A DNA stretch of 64,000 nucleotides, taken from an uncultured Treponemataceae bacterium. Lineage in GTDB: Bacteria > Spirochaetota > Spirochaetia > Treponematales > Treponemataceae. The DNA lies in contig CAYJFX010000001.1 in assembly GCA_964369735.1 (NCBI GenBank), positions 346-64,345 on the forward strand, read 5' to 3'. A program made the translations under genes and the position numbers. Each line of letters starts with the position of its first letter. The stretch's first letter is position 1. Positions 47,743 through 56,411 of this stretch are shown here, piece by piece. A model generated the notes under the pieces. That model worked only from the letters and a program-made list of their open reading frames with translations. It made no database searches and was not told where the DNA came from.

Positions 47743-48723
47743 TTAATTGCTAACAGAACGAGCAACACGGAAGCCAAGAACGTTGTATCGAATGCTAGGA
47801 GTGTCGTTGTAGCGATCGACTACGCGCAAAAAAAACGAACCACCGTTCCAGCTACCGCCACGATACACACGGCTCGAGCCTCCAGTGTATGTGTCATAAC
47901 ACCATTCATACACGTTCCCGCTCATGTCATACAAGCCCAGTGCATTGTGTTTCTTTGTTCCTACATCTTTACTTCCGTAATTTGGATCAGGTGTAGAAGC
48001 ATTATATTCTCCATTATTCATCCAATACCATGCATAGTCTCTTAAATCTTTTGTAGGGTCATTATCGTCTATGCCATCTCCTTCATTAGTACGACTGTCA
48101 TTATCCAAATCATTGGGGTCTAAAACATCTGTTATTATGTTAACTCCTGCATGGCTGTTTCTTACTTCATTTTTTTCCCAGCCTGCGGCATACTCCCATT
48201 CCTTCTCTGTCGGTAAGCGGTAGCCATCTGCATTCTCATCATATGTTGCAGCATTCCATGTAGCATCATTTGCATCTGGTATCTCTTCTGCTGTTATTGT
48301 TGCAAAATTAACGCCTGTTACAGCGTATACAGGTGTTAAGTCTTCTTTTATACTCAACTTATTACAAAATGTTATCGCATCATACCAACTTACCCAATAT
48401 GCAGGTCTATCATCTCCAAGACCATATTCGTCAGATGGTACTTCACCGTCAGCTGTACCTGGCCAGTCTCCCATTACCTCTTTCCACTGCCCTTGAGTTA
48501 CTTCCGTTTCTGCTAAGTAAAAGTCTGCTACGGTTGTTAAGTTATCTGGGTCTATGGCAACTTCCCCAAAAGTATAGTCGCCCCCTTCTACCAGTATCAT
48601 AGGCATAAATGGTGGTGCAGGTGTTTCACTCCCACCATTTCCGCTGTCGGTTGGTTGTGGACAGCCCACTAATACTAAGCCAAGCACTACGGCTAGGCTT
48701 ATCACAACTACTAGTTTTTTCAT
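47743..48723 (-). CDS. FGE-sulfatase (SUMF1/DUF323) domain lipoprotein
   Basis: Lipobox LVLVGC. FGE-fold blocks include RPAYWVSWYDAITFCN, GYRLPTEKEWEYAA, GLYDMSGNVYEWC, RGGSW and LGFRVAR. AGGAG lies 7 nt upstream. Confidence 0.88.
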   Translation of the reverse strand: MKKLVVVISLAVVLGLVLVGCPQPTDSGNGGSETPAPPFMPMILVEGGDYTFGEVAIDPDNLTTVADFYLAETEVTQGQWKEVMGDWPGTADGEVPSDEYGLGDDRPAYWVSWYDAITFCNKLSIKEDLTPVYAVTGVNFATITAEEIPDANDATWNAATYDENADGYRLPTEKEWEYAAGWEKNEVRNSHAGVNIITDVLDPNDLDNDSRTNEGDGIDDNDPTKDLRDYAWYWMNNGEYNASTPDPNYGSKDVGTKKHNALGLYDMSGNVYEWCYDTYTGGSSRVYRGGSWNGGSFFLRVVDRYNDTPSIRYNVLGFRVARSVSN

Positions 48724-48842
48724 ATAAAACTCCTTTTAATTATCAATTGCTTAAAGGTTACAAAAGGAGTGCCTTCAACGAATAGCAGTTGTCCCCTTTG
48801 CACCTTTTTGCAATGGGGTTACTGTACTTTGGGCATAAAAAG

Positions 48843-48880
48843 AGCCACAAAATTTCGGGGGCTTCGCCCCGTTTGTGGCT
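48843..48880. terminator. Strong hairpin with U-runs on both strands
   Basis: AGCCACAAA..GGGGC-TTC-GCCCC..TTTGTGGCT. It is followed on the plus strand by TGTTTTTGTGCGCTTTTTT and on the minus strand by CTTTTTAT. Confidence 0.75.
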
Positions 48881-48939
48881 TGTTTTTGTGCGCTTTTTTA
48901 TTAGTTTTTTGATTTAGTTGTTTTAGTCGAGAGGTAGGT

Positions 48940-49008
48940 TTATGGCAAGTGCTGTGCTGTGCTGTGCTGTGCTGTGCTGTGCTGTGCTGTGCTCTTCATC
49001 TTACGCAT
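48940..49008 (-). CDS. Candidate 22-codon leader mini-ORF, MRKMK(STAQH)3LP, built on the microsatellite
   Basis: ATG preceded by GAGAGAGGAGAC (short SD spacing). The repeat supplies 15 of the 22 codons. Stop TAA at 48940-48942. Confidence 0.35.
   Translation of the reverse strand: MRKMKSTAQHSTAQHSTAQHLP
48949..48993. repeat. Perfect pentanucleotide microsatellite, 9 copies (GTGCT on plus, AGCAC on minus)
   Basis: Counted directly: 45 nt with no interruption. Confidence 0.97.
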
Positions 49009-49032
49009 GTCTCCTCTCTCTTTATGGTCTCT

Positions 49033-49061
49033 ATTGTAGCACGGTTTGGGGTATTTGGCAA
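49033..49061 (-). promoter_or_regulatory. Near-consensus sigma70-type promoter just downstream of the fhs stop
   Basis: The minus strand reads TTGCCA (49061-49056), a 17-nt spacer and TACAAT (49038-49033). Confidence 0.55.
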
Positions 49062-49074
49062 GGGTTTATTCCCC

Positions 49075-50760
49075 TTAAAACAAGCCCGAAATGTTTCCTT
49101 CGTCGTCTACATCAATAGAACAAGCGGCTGGTACCTTTGGTAAGCCAGGCATGGTCATAATATCGCCTGCTAAAACGACCACAAAGCCTGCTCCCGAATA
49201 CAATTGCACATCGCGAACAGGAAATACGTAATCTTTAGGGGCACCAAAAAGAGCCTTGTCGTGGCTTATGGAGTTTTGTGTTTTTGCAACACAAATAGGT
49301 AGGTTTACATATCCTGCCTCGGAGTACTCTTTTAGTTTTCGTAAGGCTAAAGGTGAAAACTCAACGCTCTTTGCCCGGTATATTGATGTTGCAAGCTTTT
49401 CAATTTTGGAGGTAAAAGGCTCTGAGAGCTCATATAAGGGCTTAAAATGGCTCTTTTTTGCTTCAATTGTACTCACAATTGTTTTTGCTAATAAAGAGGT
49501 TCCTTCGCCGCCTTTTTCCCAGCCTTCACTTAACACACATTCCACACCTTGGTTTTTGCAAAGTTCTGTAACAGCATTAACTTCTGCCTCTTTGTCTAGC
49601 ATAAATTTGTTAAGTGCAACAATTGCGGGAACACCAAACTTAGAAATGTTTTCAATGTGTGTTTGTAAGTTTTCAAAACCTTTTTTTACGGCTTCAACAT
49701 TTTCTTTTGATAAGTCTTCTTTTTTTACACCACCATGCATTTTAAGGGCTCTAATTGTTGCAACAATAACAACCGCGCTTGGCTCAATACCTGCACTTCG
49801 GCACTTTATATCCATAAACTTTTCTGCGCCCAAATCGGCAGCAAAGCCAGCTTCAGTTACCACATATTCTCCGAGGGCAAGCGCACTAAGAGTAGCATTA
49901 ACACTATTGCAACCATGCGCAATGTTTGCAAATGGCCCCCCGTGCACAAAAGCAGGTGTTTTTTCTAATGTTTGTACTAAGTTGGGTTTTATAACATCTT
50001 TTAAAAGAGCTACTATGGCTCCAGCAACACCAAGAGATTTAAGCGTTACAAATTGCTTTGAATAATTTTTTGCAATAATAATGGAGTTTATGCGTTCTTT
50101 TAATTCTTTTATGTTTTTTGATAGACATACAATTGCCATAATTTCACTTGCTACGGCAATAGAAAAATGATCTTCTCTTGTTACCCCGTCACCTCTTTCT
50201 CCAAGTCCCACAACAACATTTCTTAAAACCCTGTCGTTTAAATCAACACACCTTTTCCACGTTACCGTTTTTGGGTCAATGCCGAGTTCGTTTCCCTGCT
50301 GAAGATGGTTATCAATAAGGGCTGCAATAAGATTATTTGCAATAGAAATGGCATGAATGTCACCAGTAAAATGAAGATTTATGTCTTCCATAGGGACAAT
50401 TTGCGAATATCCACCGCCGCAGGCCCCTCCTTTTACCCCAAAGCATGGTCCTAAAGAAGGTTCTCTAAGTGCTATAATAGATTTTTTTCCTATTTTTCGA
50501 AGACCATCACCTAAGCCTACTGTTACGGTAGACTTTCCTTCTCCTGCTGGAGTGGGTGTTACGGCCGTAACAAGAATAAGCTTTCCTCTTTTTTCTAAAG
50601 GTGTACTTTGTAGTTCATGTAATTTTTTAAGCGATAACTTTGCCTTATATCTACCAAATGATTCTATATCTTCATCACAAAGCGAAAGATTTTTTGCAAT
50701 GTCTGCAATAGGTAGCATTTCATTTTTTTGAGCAATTTCAATGTCCGTCAGTGCTTTCAT
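49075..50760 (-). CDS. fhs: Formate-tetrahydrofolate ligase
   Basis: TPAGEGKSTVTVGL P-loop and EPSLGPCFGVKGGA. Start chosen at MKALTDIEIAQ, which overlaps the upstream gene by 23 nt. Confidence 0.95.
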   Translation of the reverse strand: MKALTDIEIAQKNEMLPIADIAKNLSLCDEDIESFGRYKAKLSLKKLHELQSTPLEKRGKLILVTAVTPTPAGEGKSTVTVGLGDGLRKIGKKSIIALREPSLGPCFGVKGGACGGGYSQIVPMEDINLHFTGDIHAISIANNLIAALIDNHLQQGNELGIDPKTVTWKRCVDLNDRVLRNVVVGLGERGDGVTREDHFSIAVASEIMAIVCLSKNIKELKERINSIIIAKNYSKQFVTLKSLGVAGAIVALLKDVIKPNLVQTLEKTPAFVHGGPFANIAHGCNSVNATLSALALGEYVVTEAGFAADLGAEKFMDIKCRSAGIEPSAVVIVATIRALKMHGGVKKEDLSKENVEAVKKGFENLQTHIENISKFGVPAIVALNKFMLDKEAEVNAVTELCKNQGVECVLSEGWEKGGEGTSLLAKTIVSTIEAKKSHFKPLYELSEPFTSKIEKLATSIYRAKSVEFSPLALRKLKEYSEAGYVNLPICVAKTQNSISHDKALFGAPKDYVFPVRDVQLYSGAGFVVVLAGDIMTMPGLPKVPAACSIDVDDEGNISGLF

Positions 50761-52435
50761 GTTTTTTTTCCTCAAATACATGTCCAATTATCGCTTTCGC
50801 AACGGTTTCTCCATCCATTGCAGAAGAAACGATTCCCCCAGAGTAACCTGCGCCTTCTCCTGCTGGGAAAACCCCTTTTAGCACTGGATTTTCACACGTT
50901 TGAGAGTGGCGTAATATTCGAAGAGGTGTAGAGGTTCTTGTTTCTGGCGCAATTAAAACCGCTTCTTCACACACAAACCCTTTCACCTTTTTATCGAACT
51001 CATGAAAAGCTTCTTGTAGTCTAAGCGAAATATGCTCAGGAAGCCATAAGTCTAAGCGAGAAGAAACAAGACCCGGAACATAAGATGTTTCAGGAAGTGT
51101 TTTTGAAAGCCGCCCTTCTAAAAAGTCTTTAAGCCTCTGTGCGGGGGCAGCCTGTGGATTTTTTGCCTTTCCTTTTTTTGCTTGGTTAAAAGCTTCTTCT
51201 TCTATGCTGTTTCTAAAGTTAAGCCCTGCAAGCACATCATTTCCAAACTCAGAAGGAATATCTTCAGGCCTTGTTTCAACAACAAAGGCAGCATTTGACC
51301 AAACAGAGTTTCTTTTTGAAGACGACATTCCATTTACAACAAGATGGTTTGATGCACTAGAAGAAGGAACAACAAAACCACCTGGGCACATGCAAAAAGA
51401 ATAGACACCGCGCCCTGCAATTTGAGCGGTAAGCTTATATTCTGCAGAAGGAAGGTTCGCCTCTTCATTTGACTGTCCGTATTGGATGTGGTCAATAAGC
51501 TCTCGAGGATGTTCTAATCGAGCCCCAATTGCAAAGGTTTTTGCTTCTAAAGCTTGCTGTAACACATAGAGTCTATTATCACTGGTAACGCTTGCATGCG
51601 CAAGAGCAGCTTTTGCAACGAGCCTATAGATGTCATCAGCAGAATGCCCTGTTGCAAGCAAGACATTTTGTGTTTCAATGCGTTCTTTTTTCTTTGTTTC
51701 TGTATGCTCAATTTGTACTGCTCTTATATGATGATTTTCATCAAAATCAAAATCTACACACTTTGTATTAAAAAGAATCTCTCCGCCAAAAGAGCGAATA
51801 GTTGCCGAGATAGCGCTAATTATTTCAGGTAGTTTTTCTGTTCCTATGTGTGGGTGTGAATCCGATAAAATTGATTTATCTGCGCCGTGATGATGTAGAA
51901 TTGACAAGATATGTGAAATATCTCCGCGTTTATTTGAACGGGAATACAATTTTCCATCAGAAAAGGTTCCTGCTCCCCCTTCTCCATAACAGTAATTCGA
52001 GTTTTCTTCAACCTTACCTGTTCTACTTATTTCTGCAATATCCTTCTTTCTTTGTGTTGCTTCATGACCTCTTTCAATAATTACTGGTTTAATTCCTTTT
52101 TCTAAAAAGGTAAGCGCTGCAAAAAGGCCTGCTGGCCCTGCCCCAATAATAAAAACTTTTTTTGTTGGGTCGGCCTCTTTCCATTCTGGGTCAAAGCTAT
52201 CTGATGGGGTTTCCCCTACATATACTGCATACCGAATATGAATCTTTACATCTTTGCGCCGTGCATCTATTGATTTTTTTTTGCATACAATTGCAGAAAC
52301 TTCTGAGCTTCCTACATATGTACCACTATCACTTAACATGCGCAATATTCTTTTTTTAACTAATTCTTTGTCATCCTCTTGTCCTGGAAAAAGAGTTAAC
52401 ATTACCTCATAAATCATATAAAAAGTATATATCAT
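50738..52435 (-). CDS. FAD-dependent protein (COG2509-type NAD(FAD)-utilising dehydrogenase)
   Basis: VFIIGAGPAGLFAAL dinucleotide motif and C-terminal GVFPAGEGAGYSGGIVSSAMDG. Three candidate ATGs lie within the first 12 codons. Confidence 0.85.
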   Translation of the reverse strand: MIYTFYMIYEVMLTLFPGQEDDKELVKKRILRMLSDSGTYVGSSEVSAIVCKKKSIDARRKDVKIHIRYAVYVGETPSDSFDPEWKEADPTKKVFIIGAGPAGLFAALTFLEKGIKPVIIERGHEATQRKKDIAEISRTGKVEENSNYCYGEGGAGTFSDGKLYSRSNKRGDISHILSILHHHGADKSILSDSHPHIGTEKLPEIISAISATIRSFGGEILFNTKCVDFDFDENHHIRAVQIEHTETKKKERIETQNVLLATGHSADDIYRLVAKAALAHASVTSDNRLYVLQQALEAKTFAIGARLEHPRELIDHIQYGQSNEEANLPSAEYKLTAQIAGRGVYSFCMCPGGFVVPSSSASNHLVVNGMSSSKRNSVWSNAAFVVETRPEDIPSEFGNDVLAGLNFRNSIEEEAFNQAKKGKAKNPQAAPAQRLKDFLEGRLSKTLPETSYVPGLVSSRLDLWLPEHISLRLQEAFHEFDKKVKGFVCEEAVLIAPETRTSTPLRILRHSQTCENPVLKGVFPAGEGAGYSGGIVSSAMDGETVAKAIIGHVFEEKKHESTDGH

Positions 52436-52508
52436 TATTACAAAATTTTCAAGAAAAATCGCATATTAAGAAAATTTTACTACGCATACAAGGAGTAAGA
52501 CACAAAAA

Positions 52509-52530
52509 AAAGCTACATACCTGCAGCTTT
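52509..52530 (-). terminator. Weak terminator-like hairpin after the cNMP-binding protein gene
   Basis: The minus strand has an AAAGCT-10 nt-AGCTTT stem followed by TTTTTTGTG. The stem is short and the loop is large. Confidence 0.35.
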
Positions 52531-52551
52531 TTATAACACTGTGCTTATTTA

Positions 52552-53811
52552 TTAAGTAGACCTCACACTTGCTTTTGTATCTACTATACGCCTCATGTCT
52601 ACAATATTTGCAACAATCATGTACGTATCATAAACTTCTAGCTTTCTTTTTTCGACAAATTTATTAACCTCATCGCGTGCAACATCAAAGGGAAGTCCAG
52701 CCCAATGAGCAAGATCTTGAATTGTTAAACTGAACTGCCTCGAGCGATCCCCCCCTTGCGGGTTTCTGTTCATTTCGTCAAACATTAGGAATACATCTGC
52801 TATTCTTGCTTGAAGATCTTCAATAACAAGAATTTTAAACCTTCGTTTTTGGTCATAAATTCGCTTGCAAAAAAGCTTGAGCAAAATAAGTGCAATTTGC
52901 GGATTTCCCATAATTAATACTTCAAAATTCTCTTTATTAAACTCAAGTACTTCAACCCGATTTAATGCAACGGCAGTTGCAGAACGAGGAGTATTTTCTA
53001 AAATTGCCATCTCCCCGAAAAACTCAGATGGTTTTAAAATATCTATATTCTTTTTAGATCCTTTTACGCATTTTACTAACTGAACTTGACCAGATTGAAT
53101 TAAATAAAAACTATCTCCTGGTTCATATTCAGATATAATCACCGCTTCGGGCTCAAAAGTTTTTGCAAAACGAGAAAAGGTAGGTAAGGAGAACTGCTTT
53201 AACGCAGAAGAATTTCCAGTAATTTCATCTTCCGAGTCACCCACATGCGCAACTTTTTTTGAACGCCCGCCTTGCAAGTCAAGGCGTCTCTTAGAAGATG
53301 CATATATTTTTGCAACTTCCTCTTTTTTTGATGTATTTGGAAAGCGCGACAAAAGTTTTGTACACACATCACAACATGCTTTATATTGCTCGTCATCAAA
53401 GAAGCTTTGTGCCACAGAAATCATTCCAGATACCTGATCAATATCAAGTTCGCTTTTCAGTATGGATTCAGTTTTTTTATGTATAGACCGTAATTGATTT
53501 GAAAAAACTTTTAACATTTTCATAATAACTTGTCTATTACCACTAAACATTTTTTCAAACTCTTGTACTGTTAGCGCTATAGCACTAGCTTCTGACACTA
53601 CGGTAGCAGTTTCTTCTCGCGGAAAGTGACCTAAGGATGATTTTACACCAAAGAATTCCCCTTCTCGTATATGTTCTGTTGCGGGGATGTTTGTTTCAAT
53701 ATCAGTGCTCGTTAATAGAACCATTCCCTTTTGGAGAATGAAAATCCGCTCATCCATATCGCCGGCGAAATAAATGATAGAACCTTTTGTGTACTGCATT
53801 GCCTTTGGCAT
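52552..53811 (-). CDS. Protein with two cyclic-nucleotide-binding (Crp/Fnr-type) domains
   Basis: Two copies of the cNMP beta-roll signature: GEFFGVKS...RETATVVS and SEFFGEMAIL...PRSATAVA. Confidence 0.82.
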   Translation of the reverse strand: MPKAMQYTKGSIIYFAGDMDERIFILQKGMVLLTSTDIETNIPATEHIREGEFFGVKSSLGHFPREETATVVSEASAIALTVQEFEKMFSGNRQVIMKMLKVFSNQLRSIHKKTESILKSELDIDQVSGMISVAQSFFDDEQYKACCDVCTKLLSRFPNTSKKEEVAKIYASSKRRLDLQGGRSKKVAHVGDSEDEITGNSSALKQFSLPTFSRFAKTFEPEAVIISEYEPGDSFYLIQSGQVQLVKCVKGSKKNIDILKPSEFFGEMAILENTPRSATAVALNRVEVLEFNKENFEVLIMGNPQIALILLKLFCKRIYDQKRRFKILVIEDLQARIADVFLMFDEMNRNPQGGDRSRQFSLTIQDLAHWAGLPFDVARDEVNKFVEKRKLEVYDTYMIVANIVDMRRIVDTKASVRST

Positions 53812-53894
53812 TTTTTACCTCTATGAATAGTATATCACATAATGTAACTTTTTTCATTATATCACAAAAATAAAATTTATGATATAGTTTTATT

Positions 53895-54743
53895 ATGATC
53901 GACTTACATACACATTCAAGTGCATCAGACGGCTCATTATCTCCTAGTGACCTTATTGCATATGCTGCAAAAAAAGGGCTAAACACCATTGCCCTTACGG
54001 ACCATGATACAATTGGAGGCCTTGAGGAAGCTCAAGAAGCTGCAAAGAAATACAACATTAACCTTATACCCGGCATTGAATTAAATATTCAATGGACCAC
54101 AGGAGAGTTTCACCTGCTTGGTCTCGGAATAAAATTTCCGAGTACTTCTCTACTAGATATTATCGCATTTTTACACAAAGCTCGCAATACACGAAACGCT
54201 GAAATTGTAAAAAAAATGCAAACTTATGGCATAAAAACCTCTCTCGAGGAACTAAAAGAACTTTTTTCAACCGACTCTTTAGGAAGGCCACATATTGCAG
54301 ATTATTTGGTTTCAAAAAAAATTGTAAAGACTCGCCAGCAAGCCTTTGATAAGTTTTTAGCAAGAAACCTCCCCTTTTATGTTCCAAGAGTAGGAGCAAA
54401 CTTGGATGAAGCCATCATTGCAATAAAAGATAGTGGTGGCATTCCTATCATTGCACACCCTTTATCGTTGTATCTTTCTTGGGGTAAAATAGAAGACGTT
54501 TTGCAGAACATTTTTGACAGAGGAGTTGAAGGGCTTGAAGCTTGGCACCCAGGTGTTAGAGTTGTCGAAGCTAAAAGGCTTGAAGAAATGGCAAAGCGTA
54601 TTGGCTTTTTTATTACAGCAGGCAGTGATTTTCACGGTGAGCATGTTCGTGCAGACAGAAAAATTGGAAGGACCAGTGGCGGAAATACTATTGACGAGCG
54701 CTTTTGGCTAGAAGAATTAAAACCAAAACTAGACTCCTTTTAA
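53895..54743 (+). CDS. PHP-domain phosphoesterase (TrpH/YciV-like)
   Basis: IDLHTHSSASDG, ALTDHDT, AHP and GSDFHG metal-ligand motifs. Confidence 0.88.
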   Translation: MIDLHTHSSASDGSLSPSDLIAYAAKKGLNTIALTDHDTIGGLEEAQEAAKKYNINLIPGIELNIQWTTGEFHLLGLGIKFPSTSLLDIIAFLHKARNTRNAEIVKKMQTYGIKTSLEELKELFSTDSLGRPHIADYLVSKKIVKTRQQAFDKFLARNLPFYVPRVGANLDEAIIAIKDSGGIPIIAHPLSLYLSWGKIEDVLQNIFDRGVEGLEAWHPGVRVVEAKRLEEMAKRIGFFITAGSDFHGEHVRADRKIGRTSGGNTIDERFWLEELKPKLDSF

Positions 54744-54839
54744 TAATTAAAGATTTTTTTATAAAAACTTCAAATTTTACAATTTTTTTCGCTCTAAAAT
54801 ACTAATATATAGTTAGATTGTATTTTATTGGAGAAAAAA

Positions 54840-56411
54840 ATGAAAGTAATCAGTTTTTCGCCCTTTGGATATGAAGGGGCTTTAGTTTCCATTGAAGTTG
54901 ATTTACGGCGAGGAATACCCCTCGTTGAAGTTGTAGGCCTTGCTGACAATGCTGTAAAAGAAGCTCGCGAAAGGATGCGTGCTGCGATACGAAATTCGGG
55001 CTTTGAATTTCCTCTCGAAAGGGTGTTAATAAGTTTGTCTCCTGCAGATGTTAAAAAAGAAGGAGCTGGCTTTGATTTGGCTATAGCCTTAGCTGTGCTA
55101 CAAGAAAAATTAAAAGTAGATAACGCAGAAGGAGGTTTGCAAAATTCCTTCCATGAAAACATAAGCCTTCTTGTCATGGGTGAGCTCGAACTATCTGGAA
55201 AAGTTCGCCCTGTACGGGGTGTACATGCTGCTTTGTCAACTTCAGCTGATCAAGGAATACAAGTGTGCATTATTCCAGAGGAAAATGCTCAAGAAGCGGC
55301 AGGGTTAAAAAACATTCGAATATTTACGGTAAAAACCCTACAGGACACGTATCGACTACTATTAAAACTACAATCAGAAAAATTTTTTGAAAAAATAATT
55401 GCAAAAGATGACTCTGCTGCTTTTGAAAAACCGACTGTTGAAGAGGTTATGTTTAACTCTATAAAGGATGGTTTTAATTACAGTAGTATAAAGGGGCAGC
55501 ACTCTTTTTTAAGATCGTTGCAAGTTTCAGCAGCGGGGCTACATAATATAATAGCGTATGGTCCTCCAGGATGTGGAAAAACCCTAGCCCTACAGCATTT
55601 TCAATCCCTACTTCCCCTTCTAACTAATGAACAGGCACTGCCTGTAACTCGTATTTATAGTTTAGCTGGAAAACTAAAGCCCGGTGAAAGCCTTATGACA
55701 GAGCCACCTTTTAGGATGCCTCACCAAAGTTCTAGTCTTGAAGGTATGATTGGTGGTGGACCCTATTGTAGACCTGGAGAAATATCTTTAGCTCATAACG
55801 GCATTTTATTTTTAGATGAAGCGTCTGAGTTTAGGGTTTCTGTATTGCAAACTCTTCGAGTCCCATTAGAAGATGGAAAAGTAACATTAAGTAGAGCTGG
55901 GCGGAGCACAGAATTTCCTGCGAGATTTCAGTTACTTATAGCATCAAATCCGTGTCCTTGCGGAAATTTTGGGTCCGCTGATAAGATTTGCTTATGTAGT
56001 ACACGTGCAGTTGAGCAATATTGGAGGCGCTTTTCTGCTCCTCTTCTTGATCGAATAGATATACGCATTTCACTCGAAAGAGCCAATTTAGAAGAACAGA
56101 ATGAACAAATAATAAGCACTGAGTTTTTGAGAAAAGATATAAAAACAGCAACAGAAATCCAAAGATCTCGCCAAGGAAAAGCTAACAGTCATTTAAGTGT
56201 TTCTGAAATAAAGGAACTTTGTTTTTTAGAAAAGAGCATAGAAAACTACTTACACGCAGAATCTTTACGCTACGGCTTTTCAGCACGAGGCTTGCATTCT
56301 TGCATAAAAGTAGCTCGAACCATTGCCGACATGAGTGCTTGTAAATCTATTACTCTTGAGCATATGCAAGAAGCTGTTTCTCTTCATAAAAATGAAGGCC
56401 TCATGTTTTAA
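54840..56411 (+). CDS. comM: YifB/ComM family Mg-chelatase-like AAA+ ATPase
   Basis: Lon-protease-like N-domain, Walker A GPPGCGKT, Walker B GILFLDE, and a CPCG..C.C zinc-like segment. ATG at 54840 with GGAGA upstream. Confidence 0.9.
   Translation: MKVISFSPFGYEGALVSIEVDLRRGIPLVEVVGLADNAVKEARERMRAAIRNSGFEFPLERVLISLSPADVKKEGAGFDLAIALAVLQEKLKVDNAEGGLQNSFHENISLLVMGELELSGKVRPVRGVHAALSTSADQGIQVCIIPEENAQEAAGLKNIRIFTVKTLQDTYRLLLKLQSEKFFEKIIAKDDSAAFEKPTVEEVMFNSIKDGFNYSSIKGQHSFLRSLQVSAAGLHNIIAYGPPGCGKTLALQHFQSLLPLLTNEQALPVTRIYSLAGKLKPGESLMTEPPFRMPHQSSSLEGMIGGGPYCRPGEISLAHNGILFLDEASEFRVSVLQTLRVPLEDGKVTLSRAGRSTEFPARFQLLIASNPCPCGNFGSADKICLCSTRAVEQYWRRFSAPLLDRIDIRISLERANLEEQNEQIISTEFLRKDIKTATEIQRSRQGKANSHLSVSEIKELCFLEKSIENYLHAESLRYGFSARGLHSCIKVARTIADMSACKSITLEHMQEAVSLHKNEGLMF

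Noticed and set aside
48949-48993. A possible CRISPR-like or larger tandem array
   Set aside because: The unit is only 5 nt with no spacers, so it is a plain microsatellite. I found no repeat-spacer architecture or cas genes anywhere in the window.
48949-49143. Plus-strand 64-aa ORF MLCCAVLCCAVLCCAL...
   Set aside because: It is simply the pentanucleotide repeat translated on the wrong strand. It has no RBS, runs antisense into the 3' end of fhs, and its composition is dictated by the repeat.
49256-50065. A 269-aa ORF antisense to fhs. Similar long antisense ORFs occur at 42489-43064, 57297-57824, 21150-21671 and 25862-26353.
   Set aside because: All lie entirely inside well-supported conserved genes on the opposite strand. 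They lack ribosome-binding sites and have Ser/Phe/Cys/Ile-rich, low-complexity translations typical of shadow ORFs.
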